DNA from: Acidimicrobiia bacterium
Lineage (GTDB): Bacteria; Actinomycetota; Acidimicrobiia; Spongiisociales; ZC4RG35
Reading direction: 5' to 3'
NCBI GenBank assembly: GCA_965215185.1
Contig: OZ244034.1
Coordinates: forward strand, 1,344,001-1,408,000
Length of the DNA: 64,000 bases
The translations under genes and the position numbers were made by a program. Positions 38,103 to 46,617 of the stretch are shown here, piece by piece (within the stretch, counting starts at the first letter, position 1; every line of letters starts with the position of its first letter). The notes beneath the pieces were generated by a model. That model was not told the DNA's origin. It searched no databases and saw only the letters and a program-made list of their open reading frames with translations.

Positions 38103-38423
38103 CCTTCCCCCCCCCAATCCCCCTGCCTTCCCTCCCTGGCGGGTCATGATCTTGAGGGAAAAGCCCGAACACCGCATTGGGTGACCAGCGGTTGTTGGCT
38201 TCCCTATCAACCAAATTGAGTCCAGCTAAGACCTTCGACCCGATGGCAGAGCTCAATCGGTGTGCAAACAACCCGAGATCATCCCGGTAAACATCGGCCC
38301 TTACCGGGGCGCGGACCTGCTTGACCTCAAAGCGGTGGTGGATGCGGATCACCGCCGAGGACAGTGGGCTTGCCCGCTTGCAGCCCAACGGAACAGAACC
38401 CGCCACCCCCTGGAATTCGCGAT

Positions 38424-40175
38424 TCAGCCGAGGTTTTCGCGCTTGGAACGGATCCAGGCTAGGAACTCTTCGCGGGGCAGGGTGTTCAACACCGCCTCAG
38501 GGGTGGCCCATCCGCGCCGGGCATTGGCCGCTCCGTAGGACATTCTCTTCAGCTCCGAGACGTGGTGGGAATCGGTGGAGATGACCAGCATCACCCCCTT
38601 GGCCACCGCCCGGCGGATCACCTCGGGAGAGGCGTCTAGCCGGTCGAGGGCGCCGTTCACCTCCAAGGCCACTCCGCGGACCGCCATCTCCTCCAGCACC
38701 GGGTCCAGTTCCAGTTCGATCCCCGGGCGTCTTCCCAGCATCCTCCCCGTGAGATGCCCGATGGCGGAGACAGCGGGGTCGGCCACTGCCCGGAGAAGCC
38801 GGTAGGTTTGCTGGCGGGGAGTCAGGTCGTAGTGAGAATGAACAGAAGCCACGCACCAGTCAAAGCGCAGCCGAAAGTCGAGGTCATAGTCGAGGCGGCC
38901 GTCGGCGCCAATGTTCAACTCGCACCCGAACAACAACTCGATCTCGGGATTGCGCTTCGCAAGCTCTGAGATCTCTCTGCGATGAGCTTGCATCTCTTCC
39001 CGGGACAGCCCGTTGATGGCCAGATCCTCCCCGTGGTCGGTGATTGCCACGTACTCGAGTCCGGCGTTGATGGCGGCTCGCACCATCTCGGATGCAGTTG
39101 AACGCCCATCGCCGGACCGGTCGGTGTGATAGTGCAGATCACCGCGGATGTGTGCCATCGACACCAACTGCGGCGCCCTGCCCTGCAGGGCCAATTCCAC
39201 CTCTCCCGCGTCCTCTCGGATCTCGGGGGTGAGCCATGTCATGCCCAGGGCGGCATAGATTCCCTCTTCGGTTTCCGAGACCACCGGATGGTCTTCACCC
39301 TGGTTGAACAGTCCGTACTCGTTGAGAAGCTGATCCTGTTCCATTGCCAACTGGCGAAGTCGCACGTTGTGAGCCTTGGAACCGGTGAAATAGAGCATGG
39401 CCGCACCCAGTTGGGAGGGAGCGACCACCCGCACATCGACTCCCAGTCCGCTCTGGGTCAGAACCGAAGTCTTGGTCTTTCCCGACAGAAGGGTCTCTTC
39501 CACTAGATAATGAATGCCAACAGCCGCCATCACTTGCGACCAGTTGGCCGGATCGGCCGCCACCACCAGGTCGATATCAGCCACCGATTCCCGAAAGCGA
39601 CGGGCGCTTCCACAAATCTCCACCGCTTCCACGCCTTCCACTTCCCTCAGATCACCGCGAAACGTCTCGGCGATCGGCAGTGCCCTGACCAAAGGAGTGC
39701 GACGGTCTTTTCCTACCAGGCCAAGCCGCTCCACTGCCCTGGCGATCTTTGCCTCGCTGGTGGGGCCCAATCCGGGAAGGCTCCGAAGTTGCTCTTGCTC
39801 CAAAGCTGCCAAGAGATCATCCAAAGACTCCACTCCCAGTTCCCGCCGGATCATTTTCACGGTCTTTGGCCCCAGTCCCGGGATGCGGGTCAGTTCCTGG
39901 AAAGCCGGGGGGTATTTGGAACGCAGAGCCTCTAGCTTCCTCACCTGACCGGTGTTCGAAAACTCCGCAATGGTGGCTGCGATGCTCTTCCCGATCCCTC
40001 TAATGCTTTGGATCTGGTTGGATTCAAGCCCGGCCACCTCCTCCACCTGATTCTCCACCGCCCGCCGGGCCCGCTCATAGGCCCGCACCTTGAAGGACTG
40101 CGGTGAGCTTTCATCCAAAGTAGTGAGTTGGATCAACTCGTCGAGCATCGCCAGGATTTGTCGGTTGGAAACCAT
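38424..40175 (-). CDS. polX: DNA polymerase X with C-terminal PHP exonuclease domain
   Basis: GIGKS and PGLGPK HhH motifs, GSARR, DID plus third Asp (VDVR), YFTGSK, PHP DLHYHT/TDH/DSH. Confidence 0.95.
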   Translation of the reverse strand: MVSNRQILAMLDELIQLTTLDESSPQSFKVRAYERARRAVENQVEEVAGLESNQIQSIRGIGKSIAATIAEFSNTGQVRKLEALRSKYPPAFQELTRIPGLGPKTVKMIRRELGVESLDDLLAALEQEQLRSLPGLGPTSEAKIARAVERLGLVGKDRRTPLVRALPIAETFRGDLREVEGVEAVEICGSARRFRESVADIDLVVAADPANWSQVMAAVGIHYLVEETLLSGKTKTSVLTQSGLGVDVRVVAPSQLGAAMLYFTGSKAHNVRLRQLAMEQDQLLNEYGLFNQGEDHPVVSETEEGIYAALGMTWLTPEIREDAGEVELALQGRAPQLVSMAHIRGDLHYHTDRSGDGRSTASEMVRAAINAGLEYVAITDHGEDLAINGLSREEMQAHRREISELAKRNPEIELLFGCELNIGADGRLDYDLDFRLRFDWCVASVHSHYDLTPRQQTYRLLRAVADPAVSAIGHLTGRMLGRRPGIELELDPVLEEMAVRGVALEVNGALDRLDASPEVIRRAVAKGVMLVISTDSHHVSELKRMSYGAANARRGWATPEAVLNTLPREEFLAWIRSKRENLG

Positions 40176-40253
40176 ACGGGAGAAAGTAACAGAAGCGACC
40201 TATATACCTTCCCGTGATTACCAACCATTTGGCCGTTCGCCGACTGGGAACGG

Positions 40254-41033
40254 CTAAACCCAGATGTTCATTGGGTAACAGGTCTCGTCTGCGTCACAGC
40301 AACCTAAAGGTTGCGCGTCTCCCGAGACCAGTCGACGGGCGGTCCATGCCGCCGCGACGGCGTCAAGAACATCATCAAGACCCGGGGAGGGCGGACCGGT
40401 GATCTCCGTCGCCACCGCCGCCTCGACAATATTGGGAAAGTGGCGCTTGAGCAGGGTTAGGCGCTCGGCCACTCCGGCTTGACGGCTCTTGTGAAAGCTC
40501 ATCGGACGCCCAGCCATCCCTGCAAAGCTCACCTCCGGGTGCACCTCAGCAGCCCGCGTTCGTGCTCCAGCGGCGAAGGCGCCCGGTTCAAGGGATCGTC
40601 GTACATCCCAGATCTTTGGCAAGAGTGCGAATGTCTGCCTCGTCATGCCCTTTCCAGTTAGGTCGCGCGACAGATCTTGGGCCTCTCGATAGGTAGTAGC
40701 TCCCAGTGTGCACAGGGGCGGGGCCGGAAACACTGAGGAGGAACGGTTAGGCGGCCCCCTCAATAGGTAGCGGGCTTCTCTATCAGCGGCGCGGCCCTCT
40801 TTGCCCGGCAGCCCGATGAGAATATCCACCGCCACAGCCAAGAGGCCCCTATCGCAGGCGTTCTTCCACAGATCAGCGAACGATGTCCATACCGAAAACT
40901 CCTTCACTGGAGATCCGGGGGCTGCGCCGGTCACCGCCATGACCCAGTTGCTCGACTCTTCCTTCTTTCCGGAAGGGCTCTTGCCCGATACGCCGTCCAC
41001 GCCACCGACCAGCCCCGCTTCAGAGTCCACCAT
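40254..41033 (-). CDS. DUF429 domain protein (predicted RNase H-like nuclease)
   Basis: GVDG, VDILIGL, RAADREAR, SSVFPAP, EVHPEVSF, DDVLDA. Confidence 0.88.
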   Translation of the reverse strand: MVDSEAGLVGGVDGVSGKSPSGKKEESSNWVMAVTGAAPGSPVKEFSVWTSFADLWKNACDRGLLAVAVDILIGLPGKEGRAADREARYLLRGPPNRSSSVFPAPPLCTLGATTYREAQDLSRDLTGKGMTRQTFALLPKIWDVRRSLEPGAFAAGARTRAAEVHPEVSFAGMAGRPMSFHKSRQAGVAERLTLLKRHFPNIVEAAVATEITGPPSPGLDDVLDAVAAAWTARRLVSGDAQPLGCCDADETCYPMNIWV

Positions 41034-41077
41034 GCTGCCCACAATCTTGGCTCACGCCAGTTTGGTGATCGTCAGGA

Positions 41078-41215
41078 TCACGTAGCAACCGAAACCAAAG
41101 CCCCACAGAAACTCAGCAACACGGTGAGAATCGTGATCGCTCCAATCACCACTACCCAGCGGTAGGTCTTCTTGACATAAGCCAACATTTCCTCGAAACG
41201 GTCGTCTTCAAACAC
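41078..41215 (-). CDS. small single-pass membrane protein (45 aa)
   Basis: MFEDDRFEEMLAYVKKTYRWVVVIGAITILTVLLSFCGALVSVAT; purine-rich leader; below ORF-track cutoff. Confidence 0.55.
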   Translation of the reverse strand: MFEDDRFEEMLAYVKKTYRWVVVIGAITILTVLLSFCGALVSVAT

Positions 41216-41324
41216 TCTTTTCCCTTTCCCGCTGCGCTCTCGACCTTACCAGCGACGCTCAATCCCCCGAGAATAGGGAACCGCCGTCACCGGTGGGCCT
41301 GGTCGGGAGATCCGAATTGCCGAC

Positions 41325-41816
41325 CTACTGAGCTGAAATGCAAGCCGTGGTCGCCCCCAAGAGCCTTACCAACTCGGCGGGATTGATCTCGATCTGCAAA
41401 CCGCGTTTTCCGGCGCTTACCCATATGGTCGAGTACTGCACCACTGCCTCGTCCACGACCACCGTCAGTTCTCGGCGTTGCCCGAAAGGGCTGATGCCGC
41501 CAGGCACATATCCGGTGAGCCGTTCCGCTTCTCTGGGCGACGCCATCCTCACCCGCCGGACGCCCACTACCTTGGCCAACTCTTTGACGCTAAGCCGAGC
41601 ATCGGCCGGCACCAGGCCCACCATGGGCCGCTCGTCAGCGAACACCGCCAGGGTCTTGAAAAGCCTCGCCGGGTCGACATCCAATTGCTCGGCCACCGCC
41701 CTCCCGTAATCGGTTACGGCCTCGAAGTCCACCTGGTAGGAGTGCAACCGAAAAGATACTCCAGCTCTTTTCAGGAAGACCGTTGCTCTCGTTTCTCCCA
41801 TCCGCTTGCTGTTCAT
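41325..41816 (-). CDS. ybaK: YbaK/EbsC Cys-tRNA(Pro) deacylase
   Basis: LFKTL, TGYVPGGISPFG, VSAGKRG; start 41816 or 41801. Confidence 0.92.
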   Translation of the reverse strand: MNSKRMGETRATVFLKRAGVSFRLHSYQVDFEAVTDYGRAVAEQLDVDPARLFKTLAVFADERPMVGLVPADARLSVKELAKVVGVRRVRMASPREAERLTGYVPGGISPFGQRRELTVVVDEAVVQYSTIWVSAGKRGLQIEINPAELVRLLGATTACISAQ

Positions 41817-42083
41817 TGGTCCCAGGGTAGGGAGTGAACTCGGCCCGAGACTGGGCAAAGATTTTGATGTCATCCCAAAGCCACAGCCGGGTGACCACCT
41901 CGGTTCGAACCGACACGATCCTCACTACCGAACGCTGATCGACCTGACATCGGCATCAGACCAAGCGAGCGCCGTTTGCCTCCGCCATCCGCCGCGCCGC
42001 CTCCCGAGGCGTAGAAGCCACACTGAAAGTGGCCGGAGCGGCCGCCAGCACCGCCACGGCGCCCCGCTCGTGGACCCAGTCAT
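41813..42083 (-). pseudogene. Rv3654c-type TadE-like pilin pseudogene
   Basis: ERGAVAVL/LAAAPATF..PREAARRMAEANGARLV*CRC..SRAEF; frameshift after ATG 42083, TM segment apparently missing, in-frame TGA 41956-58; 3' end approximate. Confidence 0.7.
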
Positions 42084-42085
42084 CC

Positions 42086-42450
42086 TTAGCCTTCCCGCTG
42101 CATGACTGCTCGGCCCTGCAGTCGGATGACCAACCGATCCAGGAACGGAGTGACCGGTCGGTATTGCATGGATACCACCACCTCGACGGGGTGACCCACC
42201 ACCTGCGCGCCGGTTACTCCCACCCGGACCTTCTCCGCCAACCGGACCGGAAGGGACGACTTGACGGCCGCTGCCGCCCGAGCCGGATCAGGGTGGGTGG
42301 CCGCCACCCGAGTGCCCTCCCGGGCAGCGGCCTCCATTTCGAGACGGGTGCCCGCGATCATGAACATTTCGGCGACCGCCACCAACACAACAAGATGATG
42401 GGAATCAGCAAAACCGCCTCCACCGCCAAAGAACCCTTCTCGTCGTGCAT
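42086..42450 (-). pseudogene. tadE: TadE family pseudopilin, frameshifted
   Basis: MHDEKGSLAVEAVLLIPIILL, then 1-nt shift near 42388 into VLVAVAEM..AAAREGTRVAA. Confidence 0.8.
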
Positions 42451-42487
42451 CTGTAGGCCCGGTTAGAAACCCAACCCGACCTTGGCC

Positions 42488-42961
42488 TTATAGGGGGAGG
42501 GAAATACCCCGCACCTTGCCTCCGGCGGCCAAGACTTCTTCGACAAGATCGATCCGATCCGCCAAAGTCGGAGAAGAGATCATTCGGGCCAACACTGCGC
42601 GATCAATCAGAATCGGGAGGGTTATCGAAACCACCTCCGAGCGTGGCAAGCTGCCCACCACCCAGCCTTCCTCCACCACCTTCACCGCCTCGGAGACCGG
42701 AAGAACCGAGACCGCCGCGTCAAATCCCTCCCCCAGGGCCTTCTTCAAGGTGTGAAGGACTTCTTCATCCGGCGCGGACCCGCTCGGAGCAAAGCTCACC
42801 GCATTGACGGTATGCGGCAGCCGGTCTAATGCATCCCGGACTTCTTGGCATTCCACCATCGCCATCTTCTGTGCGCCTGAGGCTTGCAACACAGAAAACA
42901 CCGCCACCTGCTGGAAGACACGGATTTGGGCGGGGGGTTGCGACGCTTGTGACATGGTCAC
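42488..42961 (-). CDS. degenerate IspD-like protein (C-terminal half similarity only)
   Basis: AAVSVLPVSEAVKVVEEGWVVGSLPRSEVVSITLP..DLVEEVLAAGGKV resembles IspD C-half; lacks LAxGxGxR and HDxARP. Confidence 0.6.
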   Translation of the reverse strand: MTMSQASQPPAQIRVFQQVAVFSVLQASGAQKMAMVECQEVRDALDRLPHTVNAVSFAPSGSAPDEEVLHTLKKALGEGFDAAVSVLPVSEAVKVVEEGWVVGSLPRSEVVSITLPILIDRAVLARMISSPTLADRIDLVEEVLAAGGKVRGISLPL

Positions 42962-42999
42962 CTCGGCTGGGCTGAGTCACCTACCCTACCTGTTGGCTG

Positions 43000-43725
43000 A
43001 TGAAAACCAACGGCGGTCGGGCGGCGGCAATCCTGCTGGCAGGAGGAAGGGGCGCTCGCGCTCGCGTCTCCACCAACAAGGCGTATGCCCCCGTTGGCGG
43101 ATTGCCCATGATCAGCTATTGCCTGCAAACCCTGGACCGCTCCCGCTGGGTGGTCCAACTGGTGCTGGTCATCAGACCGCAGGACCAGGAATTGGCCCGA
43201 CAGGTGGTGAGACAAGCCGGAGTCACCACTTCCTGGCAGATGGTGAACGGAGGCGGGTCCCGCCACGGAAGCGAATACCGAGGACTGCAAGCCCTTTCTC
43301 AACAGATCGCCAAAGGAGCAATCGACATGGTGGCGATCCATGACGGCGCCCGACCTTTCTTGACCCCCGCTTTACTCGATGCACTCTTCAGGGACGCCTA
43401 TCGCCACGGAGGGGCGGTCCCCACCCTGGCGTTGGAGGTCCCCACCCACCGAATGTCCGATGATCAGGACCTGGTGGCGGTGGGGCAAACCCGACTCCAG
43501 AGAGCGCAAACCCCCCAGATCTTTTCAGCCCCGCAACTGTTTTCCGCCTATCACCGCGCCCAGCAGGCCGGGTTCGAAGGGGTGGACACCGCCGAGACCG
43601 CCGAGCGTTTTTCCGATCTGAAAATAAAGGCCACCCCCGGGGACCCGGAGAACTTGAAGCTCACCTTCCCCGAAGACTTCCAAACAGCCGAGATCCTGGC
43701 CGAACGTCGAAGACTCATTCGCTGA
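43000..43725 (+). CDS. ispD: IspD/TarI family cytidylyltransferase
   Basis: LAGGRGAR..NKAY, GGGSRHGS, HDGARP, AQTPQ, NLKLTFPED. Confidence 0.9.
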   Translation: MKTNGGRAAAILLAGGRGARARVSTNKAYAPVGGLPMISYCLQTLDRSRWVVQLVLVIRPQDQELARQVVRQAGVTTSWQMVNGGGSRHGSEYRGLQALSQQIAKGAIDMVAIHDGARPFLTPALLDALFRDAYRHGGAVPTLALEVPTHRMSDDQDLVAVGQTRLQRAQTPQIFSAPQLFSAYHRAQQAGFEGVDTAETAERFSDLKIKATPGDPENLKLTFPEDFQTAEILAERRRLIR

Positions 43726-43765
43726 CCGGCGTCGAGCCCGACGGGAACCGGTTCTTCTGCGGCGC

Positions 43766-44266
43766 TCAGTGACCGCCGCGCTTCACGCCGCCGTATTTCA
43801 TCCGGGTGTCGCTCATGGCTGCCGCCCTAATGCTGTCCTCGCGAATTCCAGCGTCCACCACCTCTCCCACGAACAGGGTGTGGGTTCCCATATCAATGGC
43901 CTTGCGCACCTCACAATCCATGTAGGCGATGGCGTCTTCGAATATCGGAGCACCGGTTATTCCTCTTCGCACCGCTCGTTTGTTGAGGGTCATCCCCTCG
44001 CGCACGGCAGGCTTGGAGAATTTCACAAAAACGCGTTTGTCGCCAGGATCCCACAGGTTGACAGTGAAACTGCCTCCCTCCGATATCAGCCGATGGGTGA
44101 CCGCGCTGTTGTCAACACTGATCCCGATGAGGACCGGTTCCATGGAAAGCTGCGTTATCCAAGAGGTGGTCATCCCGTTCCAGGTCTCCCCGGAGGCAGA
44201 GCCGACCAAAGCCAGAGCGTTGGGAATTTTCCAAGTTACCTTGTTTAGGAGTTGGTTATCAAGCAT
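43766..44266 (-). CDS. flavin reductase-like FMN-binding protein
   Basis: NGMTTSWITQLSMEP, TGAPIF, GTHTLFVGEV; ATG 44266. Confidence 0.9.
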   Translation of the reverse strand: MLDNQLLNKVTWKIPNALALVGSASGETWNGMTTSWITQLSMEPVLIGISVDNSAVTHRLISEGGSFTVNLWDPGDKRVFVKFSKPAVREGMTLNKRAVRRGITGAPIFEDAIAYMDCEVRKAIDMGTHTLFVGEVVDAGIREDSIRAAAMSDTRMKYGGVKRGGH

Positions 44267-44272
44267 TCCCTG

Positions 44273-44279
44273 TATTCTG
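44273..44279. promoter_or_regulatory. overlapping -10 hexamers of a putative bidirectional leaderless promoter
   Basis: Plus TATTCT 44273-78 is 7 nt before GTG 44286; minus CAGAAT 44274-79 is 7 nt before ATG 44266. Confidence 0.6.
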
Positions 44280-44285
44280 GCAGAT

Positions 44286-44771
44286 GTGCGCATCTTGGTT
44301 TGTACATCGGGTGTGCTGCAAGCACCACCGGTAATCGACTTCTGCGCGTCCTTGGTGGGCGAACGCGGAAAAGTCGTGATTCTCACTGTTGTTCAGGTGC
44401 CCAAATCCTTGCTCAGCAAGTTCCGGCGGATGCCCCGTTCGTTTTTCTCCGAGGTGACCGAAGATAGCCCCAAGCAAGCCTCCGCCGCCGAGGATGACTA
44501 CGTCCGGGAGCGGGGAGAGCGGGCCGTGGCCACCCTGGCCAGCGGGTTCCGAGCGGCGGGGATCGACCCGGAGCTCTCCTATGTTTCCGGTCAGGACTTG
44601 GCGGAGGCGATCGTCACCGAGGCCGAGAACATGAGCGCCGATCTGATCGTGATGGGCGCCACTCGTCAGCTCTTTGAGCCGGAAGTGTGGTCGTCGGTGA
44701 CCGCCCGGGTCAGCCAGGAATGCAGGCGCCCCCTGCTCCTGATGCCCACCAGAGGGCCCGACGCGCCATAA
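44286..44771 (+). CDS. universal stress protein
   Basis: MRILVCT, GQDLAEAIV..A...ADLIVMGA, SSVTARV..RPLLLMP. Confidence 0.88.
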   Translation: MRILVCTSGVLQAPPVIDFCASLVGERGKVVILTVVQVPKSLLSKFRRMPRSFFSEVTEDSPKQASAAEDDYVRERGERAVATLASGFRAAGIDPELSYVSGQDLAEAIVTEAENMSADLIVMGATRQLFEPEVWSSVTARVSQECRRPLLLMPTRGPDAP

Positions 44772-44779
44772 AGCGCATA

Positions 44780-44804
44780 CCGCCCGGACTGTCGAACCGG
44801 GCGG
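44780..44804 (+). terminator. GC-rich hairpin after usp
   Basis: CCGCCCGG-9 nt-CCGGGCGG just after the stop; no strong U tract. Confidence 0.5.
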
Positions 44805-45168
44805 ATTAAGGAACAGGAGGAGCCCTCCCACGTCCGGCGGACTGCCCGCCACCTCTAATTCCTTTAATTCTTTGGGGTTCCCCTCCCGACCCGCCGCCTC
44901 CTGGCCGTCGGACAAATGTCGGACAGGTGCAGGCTTATCCGAAACCGAAGGGTTTTCAGTCGTCGGCTTGAGGCTCGCCCCTGGGAGGACCTTTTACTAT
45001 GTCGCCGTCCTCGGAGGCGACACTTTCGCTGATGATGGCGATCCGGACCGCACGATCATGTTTGTCCCCTCAATATGTGACGTCCCTGCGACATTCGCAA
45101 GCCTTTGACGCCGGTTTGTCACAGCTTCACGACTGCCGGCGGGCGGCTGGCATTCTCCGGGCCGGGAC

Positions 45169-45981
45169 CTAACCAATCCCCCTGGCGCGGTTGATGGCCT
45201 GCCGCAGGTCCGAGGCGGCCCGGGCCATGTCCGGGGCGGTGGTGATTCCCCGGGAACTGTTGATAATCAGTCCCCTCCCGTCGGAAGTGAGGCCGGCCTT
45301 CAGCACCTCTTCCAAGCTGCCACCCTGAGCGCCCACCCCGGGTACCAAAAAGGTGAGGTCGCCAACCAGCCGACGGGCGATGCGCAAATCTTGGGGGCGG
45401 GTGGCGCCCATCACCAGTAGACAATTGCCGAGGCTGTTCCACTCCTCTGCCACCATGCGCGCCACCCGCTGCCAGAGCGGCTCTCCCTCCACCTCCAGAG
45501 CTTGCAGATCGTCAGCGCCCGGGTTGGAGGTACGACACAGGATCACACAGCCCCGCTCCCCGCGGTCCAGGAAGGGCCGGAGAGCTTCCCTCCCCAGCCA
45601 GGGGTTCAGAGTTACCGCGTGGAACCCCAGCCGGTCGAACAGGAACCGAGCGTAGGCCTGACTCGTGGACCCTATGTCAGCGCGTTTGGCGTCTCCGATC
45701 ACCGGGATGTCGGGATACCGGGACGCCAGGTATTCCATGATCTTCTCCAAAGAGGCCACTCCCGCCGACCCCCTCGCCTCATAGAAGGCCAGGTTGGGTT
45801 TGAAAGCGCACACATACCGATGGGTCCGGGAGATAACCCGTCGCGCCCATTCGAACAACGGGTCGCTCCCATCCCGGGTCCCCTCCCCCGACACCAGCCC
45901 GGGGGCGGGGTCCAATCCCACACACAGCAGACTTTCGGCCGATTCCATCCGGGTGGCCAGAAGTTCGGAGAACCCGATCAT
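45169..45981 (-). CDS. pyrF: orotidine-5'-phosphate decarboxylase
   Basis: LCVGLDP, FKPNLAFYE, DAKRADIGST, CRTSNP, LVPGVGAQGG, NSSR. Confidence 0.95.
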   Translation of the reverse strand: MIGFSELLATRMESAESLLCVGLDPAPGLVSGEGTRDGSDPLFEWARRVISRTHRYVCAFKPNLAFYEARGSAGVASLEKIMEYLASRYPDIPVIGDAKRADIGSTSQAYARFLFDRLGFHAVTLNPWLGREALRPFLDRGERGCVILCRTSNPGADDLQALEVEGEPLWQRVARMVAEEWNSLGNCLLVMGATRPQDLRIARRLVGDLTFLVPGVGAQGGSLEEVLKAGLTSDGRGLIINSSRGITTAPDMARAASDLRQAINRARGIG

Positions 45982-46617
45982 CTAAACCCCCGACTCCCAA
46001 CCGTGGGGGTCTGACCACCATCGCCGCGCCTGCGCCACTGCCCCCGAAGGGAAGTCTCCTCTCTCCTCGGCGGCATCCAACAACTCCATGAAGGGCGCCA
46101 GAAAACATAGTTCCACCCTCACTTGTGCGAAGGCGGCCAGGGTCTCGGGGAAGCCGTATCCGGCCACCGCCATGCAGACCGTCACTTCCGCCCCCGCCTT
46201 CTGAAGGGCGCCTACCGCCTCCAAACTGGAACCTCCGGTGGTCACCACATCCTCCACCAGCACCACCCGCCGTGCTTCGACATCCGCTCCCTCCACTGCT
46301 CTTCCCCGGCCGTGGCGCTTGGCTTCCTTGCGGACGAAACAGGAGGGCAATCCGGCGGCGTATGCCACGGCTGAACTGTGCGGAATGCCCCCCACCGTCA
46401 CTCCCGCCACCACCTGCGGATCCCACCCCGATCCGGTCAACTTCTCTCCCATACCTTCGATCACCGTCCGCCAGGCGTGGGGATCCCCGATCAACCGCCG
46501 GATATCCATGTACACCGGAGAACGGATCCCCGAAGCGAAGGTGATGGGGTCATCGGGAGCGAAGATCAGAACCCCCGCCTCCAACAGAGCCCCCGCAGAT
46601 GTTCGAGCCAAAGTCAT
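45982..46617 (-). CDS. pyrE: orotate phosphoribosyltransferase
   Basis: FASGIRSPVYMDIR, VRKEAKRHG, PRPP motif VEDVVTTGGS; ATG 46617. Confidence 0.93.
   Translation of the reverse strand: MTLARTSAGALLEAGVLIFAPDDPITFASGIRSPVYMDIRRLIGDPHAWRTVIEGMGEKLTGSGWDPQVVAGVTVGGIPHSSAVAYAAGLPSCFVRKEAKRHGRGRAVEGADVEARRVVLVEDVVTTGGSSLEAVGALQKAGAEVTVCMAVAGYGFPETLAAFAQVRVELCFLAPFMELLDAAEERGDFPSGAVAQARRWWSDPHGWESGV

Noticed and set aside
37999-38406. 135-aa minus ORF between polX and hppA
   Set aside because: No recognisable motif, and it runs through the hppA promoter and start
38424-41033. polX plus DUF429 as a dedicated repair or defence operon
   Set aside because: polX appears to have its own leaderless promoter, and adjacency alone is weak evidence without conservation data
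41817-41873. SLPSLGPS/SLPTLGP repeat as an N-terminal extension of YbaK
   Set aside because: Overlaps the 3' end of the TadE-like pseudogene in another frame; the DNA-level repeat is weak
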